Shown here: in pieces, positions 9,624 to 21,600 of the stretch
Position numbering within the stretch: the first letter of the stretch is position 1
How the letters are laid out: the number at the start of each line of letters is the position of its first letter
Source of the DNA: an uncultured Bacilli bacterium
Lineage (GTDB): Bacteria > Bacillota_I > Bacilli_A > ML615J-28 > CAG-313
Length of the DNA stretch: 52,198 nucleotides
Direction of reading: 5' to 3'
Assembly (NCBI GenBank): GCA_947627685.1
Contig: CANQWZ010000001.1
Span: 1-52,198, forward strand
Program-made: the position numbers and the translations under genes
The notes under the pieces: model-generated
Databases searched by the model: none
Seen by the model: the letters and a program-made list of their open reading frames with translations, nothing else
Told to the model about the DNA's origin: nothing

Positions 9624-11053
9624 TATTCTTCGCTTTCCCCTTTTCTTTTTTCTTTAAGTAAATCTTCTAAGGCAATGCCAGGTTTAGTTAAGTTTTTCTC
9701 ATCTAAAACTTGATCAATAATTTCTTCTGGTAATAATTTTAAATCAAGAATTACTTGCTTTATCGTTTTTTCACTACTGATAGCTTCATTAACAACTTTA
9801 CATGCTATATCATGACCAAGATGAGGTGATAAAGCGGTAATTAAATAAATACTATTATCAATATGGTAATTATTATTATTAGTTTTAAGACCAGTAATTG
9901 CTAAATTATTAAAGGTTCTAGTAGCTCGTCTTAGGGTAGTTATTTGTTCAAATAAACTCATTAAAATAATAGGTTCAAAAACATTTAATTCAAGTTGACC
10001 GGCTTCAATTGCTTTAGTAATTGTTACATCAAGACCAATAACATAAAAACAAACTTGGTTTACCATTTCCGGTACGACAGGGTTATATTTACCAGGCATA
10101 ATTGATGATCCGGGTTGTACATGAGGTAAAATAATTTCACTACTTCCATTAATAGTAGAACTTGCCATAAGTCTTAAATCACTTGCGGTCTTAGAAAGGT
10201 TAGTAGCAAGAAGTTTTAAAACGCTACTAGCAAAACCAAAACTATCAAGATCCCGGGTGGCATCAATTAAATCTTTAGCCGGACGAACTTCCTCACCAGA
10301 AAACTTATTAAGATAAAAAATTACTTTTTTACGATATTTTTCATTAGCATTAAGACTAGTACCGATAGCAGTAGCACCCATATTAACATCTAGAAGAGCA
10401 TCGATTGCCATATCAATGCGCTTCATGTCACGATTTAAAGCATTAGCATAGGCATTAAATTCTTGTCCTAGTCTAATTGGTAAAGCTTCTTGAAGATGGG
10501 TTTTACCCATTTTTATAACATCACTAAATTCAACAGCTTTTTCGAGATAAGCGTTGTATAATTTTTTTAATTCAACTTGTAACTTTTTAAGTTGTTTGAT
10601 GACAGCAATTTTGCCAGCTGTTTGAATAACATCATTAGTAGATTGGCCAAAGTTAACATGATCATTAGGATGAACAAAATTATATACACCCTTTTTACCA
10701 CCCATTAATTCATTAGCCCGATTGGCAATAACTTCATTAGCATTCATATTGATACTAGTACCAGCACCACCTTGAATTAAATCAGTTACGAATTGTCCAT
10801 GCAAACGGCCATTAAGAATTTCATCACAGGCTAGCATAATGGCTTTCCCTACTTTTTCATCAATATTTTGAGCATCAACATTTGCTTTAGCAGCTGCTTT
10901 TTTAACAATAGCTAAAGCTTTAATCATTTGGCGACATATGCCACGTTTAGTAATTTCAAAATTTTCCTTGCCCCTTAAAGTTTCAATACCATAATATGCC
11001 TCAGCTGGGACTTGGCGTTGTCCTAAAAGGTCTGTTTCTATTCGATATCTCAT
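9623..11053 (-). CDS. aspA: aspartate ammonia-lyase
   Basis: YRIETDLLGQRQVPAEAYYGIETLRGKENF N-terminus and the GSSIMPGKYNPVVPE signature. ATG at 11053 with SD GAGGAG is preferred over the longer track ORF. Confidence 0.9.
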   Translation of the reverse strand: MRYRIETDLLGQRQVPAEAYYGIETLRGKENFEITKRGICRQMIKALAIVKKAAAKANVDAQNIDEKVGKAIMLACDEILNGRLHGQFVTDLIQGGAGTSINMNANEVIANRANELMGGKKGVYNFVHPNDHVNFGQSTNDVIQTAGKIAVIKQLKKLQVELKKLYNAYLEKAVEFSDVIKMGKTHLQEALPIRLGQEFNAYANALNRDMKRIDMAIDALLDVNMGATAIGTSLNANEKYRKKVIFYLNKFSGEEVRPAKDLIDATRDLDSFGFASSVLKLLATNLSKTASDLRLMASSTINGSSEIILPHVQPGSSIMPGKYNPVVPEMVNQVCFYVIGLDVTITKAIEAGQLELNVFEPIILMSLFEQITTLRRATRTFNNLAITGLKTNNNNYHIDNSIYLITALSPHLGHDIACKVVNEAISSEKTIKQVILDLKLLPEEIIDQVLDEKNLTKPGIALEDLLKEKRKGESEE

Positions 11054-11157
11054 ATTTGTTCTCCTCAAATAATATAATACTATCATATCATAAAACGCAA
11101 AAAATTTCAATTATATTTGATTATATTTATAATATTTTCGCATAAATTGTATTAAAG

Positions 11158-12426
11158 GTGATTAAGTTGAAACTAGAAATTACAGGGACTGATAAAATAA
11201 AAGGCACCATTAAAATAAGTGGTTCTAAAAATGCCACCTTACCTTTAATGGTTTGTAGCATGCTTACGAAAGATAAAATCATTTTAGATAATGTCCCCTA
11301 CATTAGTGATGTAATCATGATGGCTAATCTTCTTAAAGATATTGGCATTAAAATAAAGTATAATAAGTTAAAAAAACGTCTTACTTTACAACAACTTTAT
11401 ATAAAACCTTTTTTTGATTTCGAAAAGGTACACAAGATAAGAGCATCTTATTATATAATGGGCGCAATGGTTGCTAAAAAAATGAATTTCGTTAGTAGTT
11501 ATCCTGGAGGATGTAGTTTTTCTAAAAGACCAATTGATTATCATTTAGATTTCTTTAAGGCAGTAGGTTATGAAATAACAACTAGTAATGACCAATTAAT
11601 TTTTAATTATAAAAAAGAAGTAAAAGGTGATCTCTTTTATGAATTACCTCAAAAATCAGTAGGCGCAACAATTAACATTATACTAGTTGGTGCCCTTCGT
11701 GATGATACTACCATCATTATTAATCCATCCCTAGAGCCTGAAGTCGAACAAGTCATCTTAGCACTAAATAAAATGTAAGCTAATATTGAAATTGTAAATG
11801 GGATGATTATTATTAAAAAAGCATTACATCTTGGAGGATGTAAATTTAAAGTGGCAAGTGATCGCATCGAAGCAGGTAGTTATATGATGCTTGCAACAGC
11901 GGTAAATGTTAGTAAAATAAAATTAAAAAGAGTATCTTTTACACAAATAGAGGCCATTACTAGTACTATTAAAAAACTAGGTCTTGATGTTAAAATCAAA
12001 AAAGATACCATTAGGCTTAAAAAAAATAAAACTAACGCCCCTCTTAAACAAATAGTAGCAGATGTTTATCCTCATTTTCCTACTGATTTACAACCCATTT
12101 TAACTGTTTGCCTTCTTAAAAGTAGTGGTGTATCTCATCTAAAAGATAATGTTTATCCTAAAAGAATTTCCCATCTAGAAGAAATAAAAAAAGCCGGTGG
12201 TAAGGTTATATTTGATAAAGAAAAAATCATTATTTACCCATCACATCTATCAAAAAATACCTTTTATGCGCATGACTTAAGGTGTGGCTTTGCATGCATT
12301 GTTCTTGCGACAATTGCTAGTGGTAAAAGCATAATAGATAACTTAGAAGTAGTACTAAGGGGCTATGAAAAGTTAACCAAAAAGCTAAAGAAATTAAAAA
12401 TAAAAGTTAAAAAAATAAATGATTAA
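11158..12426 (+). pseudogene. murA: UDP-N-acetylglucosamine 1-carboxyvinyltransferase (MurA) interrupted by one in-frame TAA (11776-11778)
   Basis: ORFs 11158-11778 and 11803-12426 are in the same frame. Read through, the junction is ..EPEVEQVILALNKM*ANIEIVNGMIII.., matching the MurA ..EPE..L..MGA.I.G.. region. Catalytic-type residues are kept: GSKNA, PGGC, PTDLQP, RGYE. Confidence 0.75.
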
Positions 12427-12548
12427 TATTTGCGATTATTTCCTATATATTTTAATGCCAATTACTGTAATATAGCCCAAGATATGTAAATAAAATTAAA
12501 CATTTTATAAATAATTTTTTAAAAAAAGCATTTAATAGACAAAAACGC

Positions 12549-12577
12549 TTGCAAAAAAAACGGAAATTTGGTAAAAT
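12549..12577 (+). promoter_or_regulatory. promoter of the giant ORF
   Basis: TTGCAA (12549-12554), 17-nt spacer, TGg-TAAAAT (12572-12577). SD AGAGGTGA lies 7 nt before ATG 12617. Confidence 0.55.
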
Positions 12578-12616
12578 AAATAGGTAAAGTCATGAAAAAA
12601 AAGAGGTGAAAAAATA

Positions 12617-15600
12617 ATGGATTTTAATCAAATCTTACTACTAGCAGGATTGGGATTACTTCTAGTAGTAGTATTATTTGCACTTTGGGGCTTTCTTGGT
12701 GGTTTAAAAAGAGAGCTTTGGTGCATAGCCGTTTTCATCGTTTTACTAGTTATAACATGGGCTGTTTTTGGAGATGCAGCGACAATTCTGAATGCTAAAG
12801 CAGGGCAATCAATTGCTCAATTGTTGCAACTTCAAAACAGTAACGCTGTCACAGTTTGGGATGCTGTATTAGAATTTGCGAAAGCAAATATCCCTAATGG
12901 TGAGGCCTTACTAGTAGAAGGAAAGGAAACGTACACTCTTTTCTATGGCATTGCTTCCACTGTTTGCCACGCTGTTGGTCTAATAGTTGGTACTATTGCA
13001 ATTTTAATAATTTGTCCTATCATTCGTTTGATTAGTCATTTTGTTATTTTAATCGTTAAAGCAATTAAGAAAAGCAAAGCTAAGAAAAAACCTGCTGTAG
13101 AAACTACAGATGAAGGTGAAGAGAAAAGAGATATGGTTGTTATCCAAAAGGCTAAACAAACCGAAGAGGGTGTCATCGTTAAAGATGAAAACGAAATTGA
13201 AAAAAAGCCAGCTGGCAAAAGACGCTTATGGGGCGCTCTTGCTGGAGCATTAAAAGGCGTATTCGTTATTATCTTAATTTGTGCTCCACTTTCGGGATTA
13301 GCTTCTATCCTTACAACCTTTACACCTGAAACTAAAGAATTAGTTAAAGATGCTGTAAATGGTGAGGTAAAAGTTAATGTTGCCGAGACGGATGATGATC
13401 CAATTGACATGGTATTTGAATTTGCTGATGCCTATAATGATAGTGCACTTGGCAAATTTGCCAATGGCTCTAGTTTCTTCTTTGGTGAATCATTTAGTGA
13501 AAAATTATTTGATCAACTATTTAAATTAAAAACTAGAAATCAAGTTATTTATTTAAGTGATGAGATTAAAGTTTTTATAGAGGCTGCTAATCAGTTAGAA
13601 GGAAATTTAGATTTTACGAAGGTTACAAGAGAACAATATCGTGCCGTTTTAGAAACCTTAAAAGATTCTAAATTACCTGCTGAATTAATGCCTGTAGTTA
13701 TTGAATATGCTTACGAAATGCAAGAAGTCAAAGACTTACTAGCTGAATCAGGTCAAGAATTGAAATTCTTGAATTTACGTTACAATAATTGGAAAGGTGA
13801 TATCGATTTAGTTTTAGATGCTTTAAAAGAAGCATATGATCTAGGTATTTTCCCTGTTGCTGATTTCAATTATTTAACAATGGATCCAGATGAACTTAAG
13901 GATGTAACTACTGCGCTTGGTAAAACTGAATTCATGCATGATGGTTATCCAATTGCTGTTGCTGTTTTATTACACTTAGAACAAGTAAAAGCACAAATTG
14001 GTGATGTTGAAATTAGTGATTTAGGTCAATTAGATATATCTAAAGAACTAGATACAATTGTTGAAATATATCGAACTTTCCAACAACTTGGTATTGAAAC
14101 TTTTGAAGGTTTTGATTTTGATGCTTTTGTTAAAGAAGTATTAGCAGACGATACCAAACTTGATGTTGTATTCGATATGGTTCATAGTATACTTGATTTA
14201 CAAGTTGCAAGAAAAGTAGCAATCCCAGTTGCTTTTGGTTTTGCAAGAACTAATGAAAAGTTCCAAGAGTTATTGAAAAACGCTAATGTAACCGATGACT
14301 TTATGGCATTAGAAACACAAATTACTCTTGATGATTTATCAGTATATGTTGATGCTGTAAAAGTAGCTTTAGATTTAGTTGATTTTAGTGAGTTCCCAAC
14401 CATTAAATTCGATTTCTTCCATTTAGATCCAGATACACTTGATGGTGTAATCGCTAAAATGTTTGACACTAATGTAACTAATAAAGTTATTCCAATTGCG
14501 TTAAAAATAGTTCTAGCTTTAGATGCTGTTAAAAATCAAGTTGGAGATATTTTCGATGATGTTGATTTAGATAATATCATTTGGCGTAATGAATTTGAAA
14601 CATTAGCCGATATCTATCGTGAATTCTTAAAATTAGGTTTTGAATCAACTGAAGATTTTAAAGTTGATACAATTGATTTAATTCAATCATTAATTGAAGA
14701 TGAAGCTAAATATGATGCTGTATTACAAATCTTAACATTAATTGTTGATACACAATTATATGATAGACTTGCTGTACCTTCAATGCAACATTTCTTAGAT
14801 AAATTTATTACTGATAAAGCATATGATGCATTTAGTAATATTGTTGATTTATCAAGCATTACAAAAGATGAATGGAAAGAAGATTTAGCTACTATTTTAG
14901 ATAGCGTTAAATTAATCAATGAATTAAAAGTTTTAGATAACCTTAATCCATTTGATTATAAAGCTTTAGACATTACATCACATGAAGGTGTTGAAAAAAT
15001 TAAAAAATTAATTTCTAACATTTTCAAACTTAATATTTTAGGTGATGATGAATTAAAAACGGCTTTATTAGTAGCTTCTATTAAACAATTTGGCTGGACT
15101 AGTATTTCTGATGATATTATTAATGGTATCGAATCTTGGAATATTGATTGGAGCAATGAAGAAAATGTATTGTTACAATTAGTAGATGTTTATGAAAATG
15201 TTGTTAACCTTGAAGAATTTGATATCAAGAATCTTGACCAAGTTGATTGGGTAGCATTATTAGATAGTGATGAATTCTTAAATTATGTAGTAGATGCCCT
15301 AGAAACAGTTGTTGAATCTGATATCGTTCTTGAAGTTTTACCAGGTTTACTTGATAAATATTTATTACCAAGACTTGAAGGTATTGAAAGTGTAGATGAT
15401 GAAACATTATTCAAAGATATGTTCAGTCATCTTCAATCTGAAGAATTAGTTAATGAACTTATTAAGTTAATTGATGTAGTAAGAGATGCTGTAGATATGC
15501 ATTTACTTGGTGCTAAATCAGTAAGTGATATTGACTTTAGTAATACTGATGCTTTAAAAGGTATTATTAGTGGTATCTTTGATTCTAAATTAATTCAAGG

Positions 15601-18600
15601 CTTTGAAGGCAGAATTATTCGTATCCTTCTAAAGGTTTCTAAAGTTTTAGATATTGAAAAGGATACACCATTATATCAAGAACTTGTTGAGTTAGATTAT
15701 ACAGGTGAAAAAGAAGCATTACTTGCTTTCGTTGACGCAATCGCACCTGCCTTAAAAGATCCTAACTTCACTATTTTAGATGAAGATGGTAAGTTTAATG
15801 TTAACTTAAAATTCTGGCAAGAAAATAAAAATGCTAAAGCCTTACTTGATGGTTTCAAAGCTTTACTTGGTTCATATCCAGATAATGATGAAGCTTCTTC
15901 TAAATTGATTGAAGCACTACTTCCAAGTATTTATGATAAATATGTAGAAGATAAGAATTTAATCCCTGAAGATTTCATCGCAATCGTTGATGAATTAGAC
16001 ATTGCAAATGCAAGTGGTGCTACTTTAACTGCTGCTATTCGCCGTTTATTATATGTTGCTGATAGAGTTATTGATCTTAACGCTTTAGCACTTATTGATA
16101 ATGGAGATATGGAAATTAGCACAATTAAAGCTGTAAATGCATATAACGATATCCTTGATGCTTTACATGACATCGAATTATTTAGAGGTCATGAAGCTAA
16201 AGTTCTTGCATGGGGCGTAAATTATCTTGCTAAAACATTAAAAGTTGAAATCGATGAAGTAACTGATGAATTTAATAATGTTGAATGGCTTGCTCAAAAA
16301 GAAGTATATAAAGACATTATTAATGATGCTGCAACTTTCTTAAGAAAGAACAATATCTTCACTTATAAAGATTTATTAGCATTTGTTACTGATAAGAAAT
16401 ATAATACTCCAGAATTTATTACTTCTAGTAATGCTAGTGATTTATTAGATATTTTAGATAAATTAGTAGATGTACAAGTAATTGATGCTATCGTTCCGCT
16501 TGCAACAAAATATGGTATTAATTTACTTAATGATAAAGCAACAATTGATTTAAGTTATGTTCTTGATTTCACAAATGCTGAAATTAATCATGATTTCCAT
16601 AAGATAATTGCTACTCTTCATAAATTAGTAGAGGATGCTAATATTGTTGAATACTACAATACTAAATTCGATGGTGAAATGCCACTTCCTGATGAAGAAG
16701 TTGTAAAATCATTAGTTGATGATATTTTCGAATTAAATATTGTTGCTAAAGCTGATGGCAGACTTGCTAAAGTAATTTATGACAAAGTTATGACATTACC
16801 TAATATGGATAAAGAGTTCTTAACTTTTGATGATTTCAAATTCTTTGTTGTTGATTGGAATAGTGAAAAAGAAGTATTAAAAGAATTAATCGGTTTAGTA
16901 TATGATTTCGCTGAAGTTAACAATATCGAAACTATGACAAGTGTTCAAAGATTCTTCAAAGAAAAATGGTATAATGAGCCAGCAATCTTAAGAGATGAAA
17001 CCGGTCATATCGTTGCTAATGCTGTAAGAGTATTAAGTAATTCACAAATTGTTTACAATGTTATTGTTAAATTATATACTAAAGGTATTGATACTTTAAA
17101 TGACAATAAACAATTCAAATTACCATTTGATTTATCTTACTTAAGAAGTATGTCAGCTCCTGATTTAGTATCTGACTTAAATGTTTTAGCTGATATTTTA
17201 GATAAAGTTGTTGATTTCGGTATTATGACATATTTAGCTGAAGGCGATATGCGTGATATGGATCTTAACTTATTAGCTGAAGCTATTGAAAAATTAGCTG
17301 AAACTAAGATCATGCAACAAAATGGCAAGAGATTATTTGGTGATTTATATAACTATGGTTTAACTTATGCCGAAAACGTAACTCATGGTAAATTTGTTTT
17401 ATCTGAAGAACAAATTGATATGATTGATTATCAACATGAAATATACGTACTTGCTGACGTAGTTAGATCATTACAAGGCTTAATCGATGCTAAGAACATT
17501 GATTATCTATCAGATATTTTTGATTTAGTTGATGATTTAAGAATCAATGCAACATACAAAAATAAAGATTTCTATGATGAAGCAACATATGAAGCACTTG
17601 CTGAAGTTGCAAGAGAAGTATCTAATTTACAATTATTAGAAATTGCTGCTCCACAACTTATCAATCATGTTTTAAAATTTGCTGAACAAAATAAAGTAGA
17701 CTTATCATTTATTGATACTGATGAATATACTGGTGTAATGTTTGTTGAAGATATTAGAACCGTTCTTGACATAGCTAAATATGGTTATGACTTTGGCGTA
17801 ATTGATTATATTTTTGATAAGACATTATATAGCCTTGAAGCTGATGTATTATGTGATATGTTAGACTATGTTCCAGAATTAAATCTTGTTAAATTATATT
17901 TCAATAAATTAGTTTATACAGGAGTTAAAGCTGGTCTTGATGCTTTAAAGGTTGATGTTAGTGTTACTGAAGAAATGTTTGCTGATATCGATGCTAGAGC
18001 TGAAGTTAAAGAATTACAAGATGTCGTTATGACATTAAAAGCATTATTAGTAGAAAAAGATGTTATTACTTTAGATAATCTTCTTGACTTTGTAAAAGGT
18101 AACTATCCTGCTAATAATTATAAGAGTGAAGCTTTCTATGATGTAGAAACTGGCACTGCTTTAGAAAATATTTTAACTGAAGTTGTAGATTTAGAAACAG
18201 TAAAAGTATTATTACCATCATTATTAAATTATGGTGTTGATAAAGTTACAAAAGTTGATTTATCATTCTTGAAAGATTCCTTCACTAAAGAACAATTAGC
18301 AAGCGATGTTAAAAACGTGGCTAAATTGATTGTTCCTGCTATTGAAGCTGAACTTGTAGGAGTTATTTTTGGTAAAGATATCAATGAAGTAGAATTACAT
18401 TTTGATACTTATCATGAAATCTTAGATGCTATTAAGAATCTTAATGTTGTTGCTATGAAATATGGTGAATTTATTAGCCTTGGCGTTAACGAAGCATACA
18501 AGAAGTTAAATTCTGCTGAAAGAGTTGATGCTAGTATGTTTAGTGGCGTAGTCCTTGAAGATGAAGTTGCTGCGTTGCATAATGCTTTAAATTCAGCTGA

Positions 18601-21600
18601 AGAATTAGCACAAACCTTAGCTGTTAATAGTGTATATGACGTAAGAAAAGTAGTTACTGATCTTGTTCAAAACAAAGGTTATAAAGATACTAAATACGTT
18701 AACAAAGAAAATGCTCATTTAGCACTTGATGTTGTTGATAGTCTACTTGATTTAGAAACTGTTAAAGTGATTCTTCCTGGTGCAACAAGCCATGGTACAG
18801 AATATTTATATCAAGTAAAGAATATTGATGTTCGTTTCTTAGCTGAAGAACTTACTGGTATTGAATTAGTTGAAGATGTAGATAGTATCGTTTTAACTTT
18901 AAGAGATTTAGTAGATTATGGCATGCTTGAATTTGTTTTACTTGATGAAGCAATTGATTTATCAGATATTACACCTATTAATGATGCTATTGATAGACTT
19001 GCTCATTTAAATATTTTAGATGGACATCATGCAGAAGTTGTTTATAGCGTATTAGATAAACTTGGTATTGATAGAACTGGTATTGATTTATCAGATGTTA
19101 ATTTAGATGATGAAATCGCATCAGTACAAAATATTTTAGATAAAGCTAAAGATGTTTTAGCAAAAGAAGGTTTAAATACTCTTTCTGCTATAAAGAATTT
19201 AAAAGTTGATTATAAGAAATATGTAAAACTTAGTGATGATACATATGATTATATTGACGTATTTGTTCCACTTATTAAAGCTCTTGCAGCTGATCAACTT
19301 GTTGAAAAATTAGTTCTTCCTGTATCTGAAAAATACTTAGCTAAAGTAGATCCTAAATATAATGGCTTAGTAGATATCTATAACATATATGAAGATGGTA
19401 AACAAGTTACAAGTGATCTTGTTGATTTAGCTGATCTTTTAGTAGAATTAAAGAATCTTGATTTTGTTTCATTCGTTTTACATGATGATAACTATCCATA
19501 TGAAAAAACTGAAGTTGTATCACGCATTATTAAATTAGTATTTAATCTAAATTACTTCAACGTAAGCGATACAAGATTAAATGAATTTATCAAAGCTATT
19601 GATCAATTTGTAAGTGCTGATTTAAGTAGTATTGACGCAACCGGTGTAGATTTAAAAGCTGATGCTGATAAATTTGCAAAGATGTATGAATATTTATCAG
19701 TTGTTCTATTGGATGAAAACTTCCCTATCAAAAATAAAAATGACGTTAAACAAGTTAAATTTGAAGCAAAATTATTCAAATCTGGTCTTGTTCAAGAAAA
19801 TTTAGTTGACGCAATGCTTGAGTTTATGGAAACTACAGTATTTGATAAAGTAGGTCCACAACTTGTAATGCTTACATTCCCACTAGTTGAAAAACATGCT
19901 AAAGATTATTATGATGTTTTAGATTTAGCTAACGTTGATGTTGATATGGTAAGCCATGACTTAACATTAGTTCAAGATATTCTAAAGAGATTAGATAATA
20001 TTGACTTAGTTAAATTAGATGAAACAGGCGAATACTTATGTCAAGATACTAATGATTTAATTAATTTAGTAATTGATAAGATGACTGAATCACAAATCTT
20101 AGCTAACCATGGTAATGATTTATTTGATCTTGTTATGAATAAATATGTAAATGGTAAGACAATTGGTAGTGCAGTTATTCCAACTGGTACAATTACTTCA
20201 ACAGGCGTTGATTTTGTTAAAGATAGTAAAGTATACAAACAAATTGTTGATGAAGTATTTGCTTACTTGAATAATGAAAGCATTAATACAATTAAAGAGT
20301 TTAAAGATTTCATAAATGACTTTAAGACAAGTACTGCTACTTTAAAAGAAGTAGTTGTTAATAGAATTCTTGCTGACGAAAAGAATATGGAAACAATTGC
20401 TACTATCATTGATTTAGTTACACAATTAACAATGGTAGAAGTAAATGGTTTATCAGTTATGAATAATATTGTAAATCCATTACTTCCAAGCAACATTGCT
20501 CCAGCCTTTGATTTTGCTCAATATACTGATCAAGAATTCGCTGATGACTTAAAATCAGTTGCTAAGTTATTAAGACAAATGAACGAATTTGGTATTTCAG
20601 CCTTTGTTCGTAATGAAGATATTAATTATGATCAAGCCGATCTTGTTAAAAAAATGATTGATAACGTTGTATCTACTAATTACTTAAGATATAATTTATA
20701 TCAATTCATTGATTTCGTTGACGAACTTAACGTTTTACCAATTAAACTTCAAGACTTAAAAACAAATGAATTCGATTACAAAGGTGATGCTCTAATCATC
20801 GGTGAAGTTTATGAAGAAATGCTTCCATTCTTAACATCAGAAGCTAACCCACTTACTAATAAAGCTGCTATTAAAGATTTAATCGTTAATAAGCATGTTA
20901 ATATTAGTATTAGACAAGCTCTTAAAGAAAACAAAGCTGCAGTACTTAATGCTTATGATGAATTAGTAGAAATGTCTGCTCTTCCTCTATTATTCAATGA
21001 AATGATAGACTTTGGTAGAAGAAGTGTTCCTGAAAGATATCAAAGCGTATTTGATGCTATGAAACTTGACTTATCAATGGCTGAAAAGAAAGCTGATATC
21101 AAAGCTACTTCAACTATTCTTAGAATGGTAGTTGATCTAGAATTATACACACTTGCTACACAAAAAGATTATAACTTCGCAGGCGATGTAATTTCTACTT
21201 TAAATAACAAAGAAACATCAATGAGTAAGATTGATTTAATTAACATGTTAGTTGAAGAAGTATACTCATTAAATGTATTACAAAACCGCGATAAATTCGT
21301 TATAGGTATTTTGAATGCTCTTGATGCTGATACTACAGAAGTTGATTTAAGTGGTGTAGATTGGGATAATGAACTTGACCAATTACAAGTAATTATCAAA
21401 GATACATTACAAGTATTATTACAATATGACCTTGTTTCAGTTCAAGCTGTTAAAGATTATATTTTAGATTTAAGAAACTTAAAGACATATAATGCTATCG
21501 TAGATGAATTAAAAGCGATTTGGCATAAAGTAGAAATCAGTCTAAGTGTTGATGTTTTAGATGCTTTAGATGCATCTGATGTATTTGATCAAATTTTTAA

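Noticed and set aside
11803-12426. The second half of murA as an independently translated split-gene product.
   Set aside because: There is no SD before ATG 11803. The 24 nt between the TAA and that ATG still encode MurA-like sequence (ANIEIVNG) in frame, so this is one interrupted gene.
12592-12609. Five-codon uORF (ATG AAA AAA AAG AGG TGA) overlapping the SD of the giant ORF.
   Set aside because: It has no SD of its own and arises from the A-rich spacer plus the SD sequence itself, so it is probably coincidental. It could only be tested by ribosome profiling.
13036-21399. Ten antisense ORFs (60-124 aa) inside the giant gene: 13036-13410, 14182-14469, 14683-14919, 14956-15156, 15225-15407, 15931-16173, 17137-17328, 20041-20238, 20263-20496 and 21169-21399.
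   Set aside because: They have no RBS or promoter, have low-complexity S/L/I-rich translations, and lie opposite a long sense frame with strong periodic conservation. They look like typical shadow ORFs.
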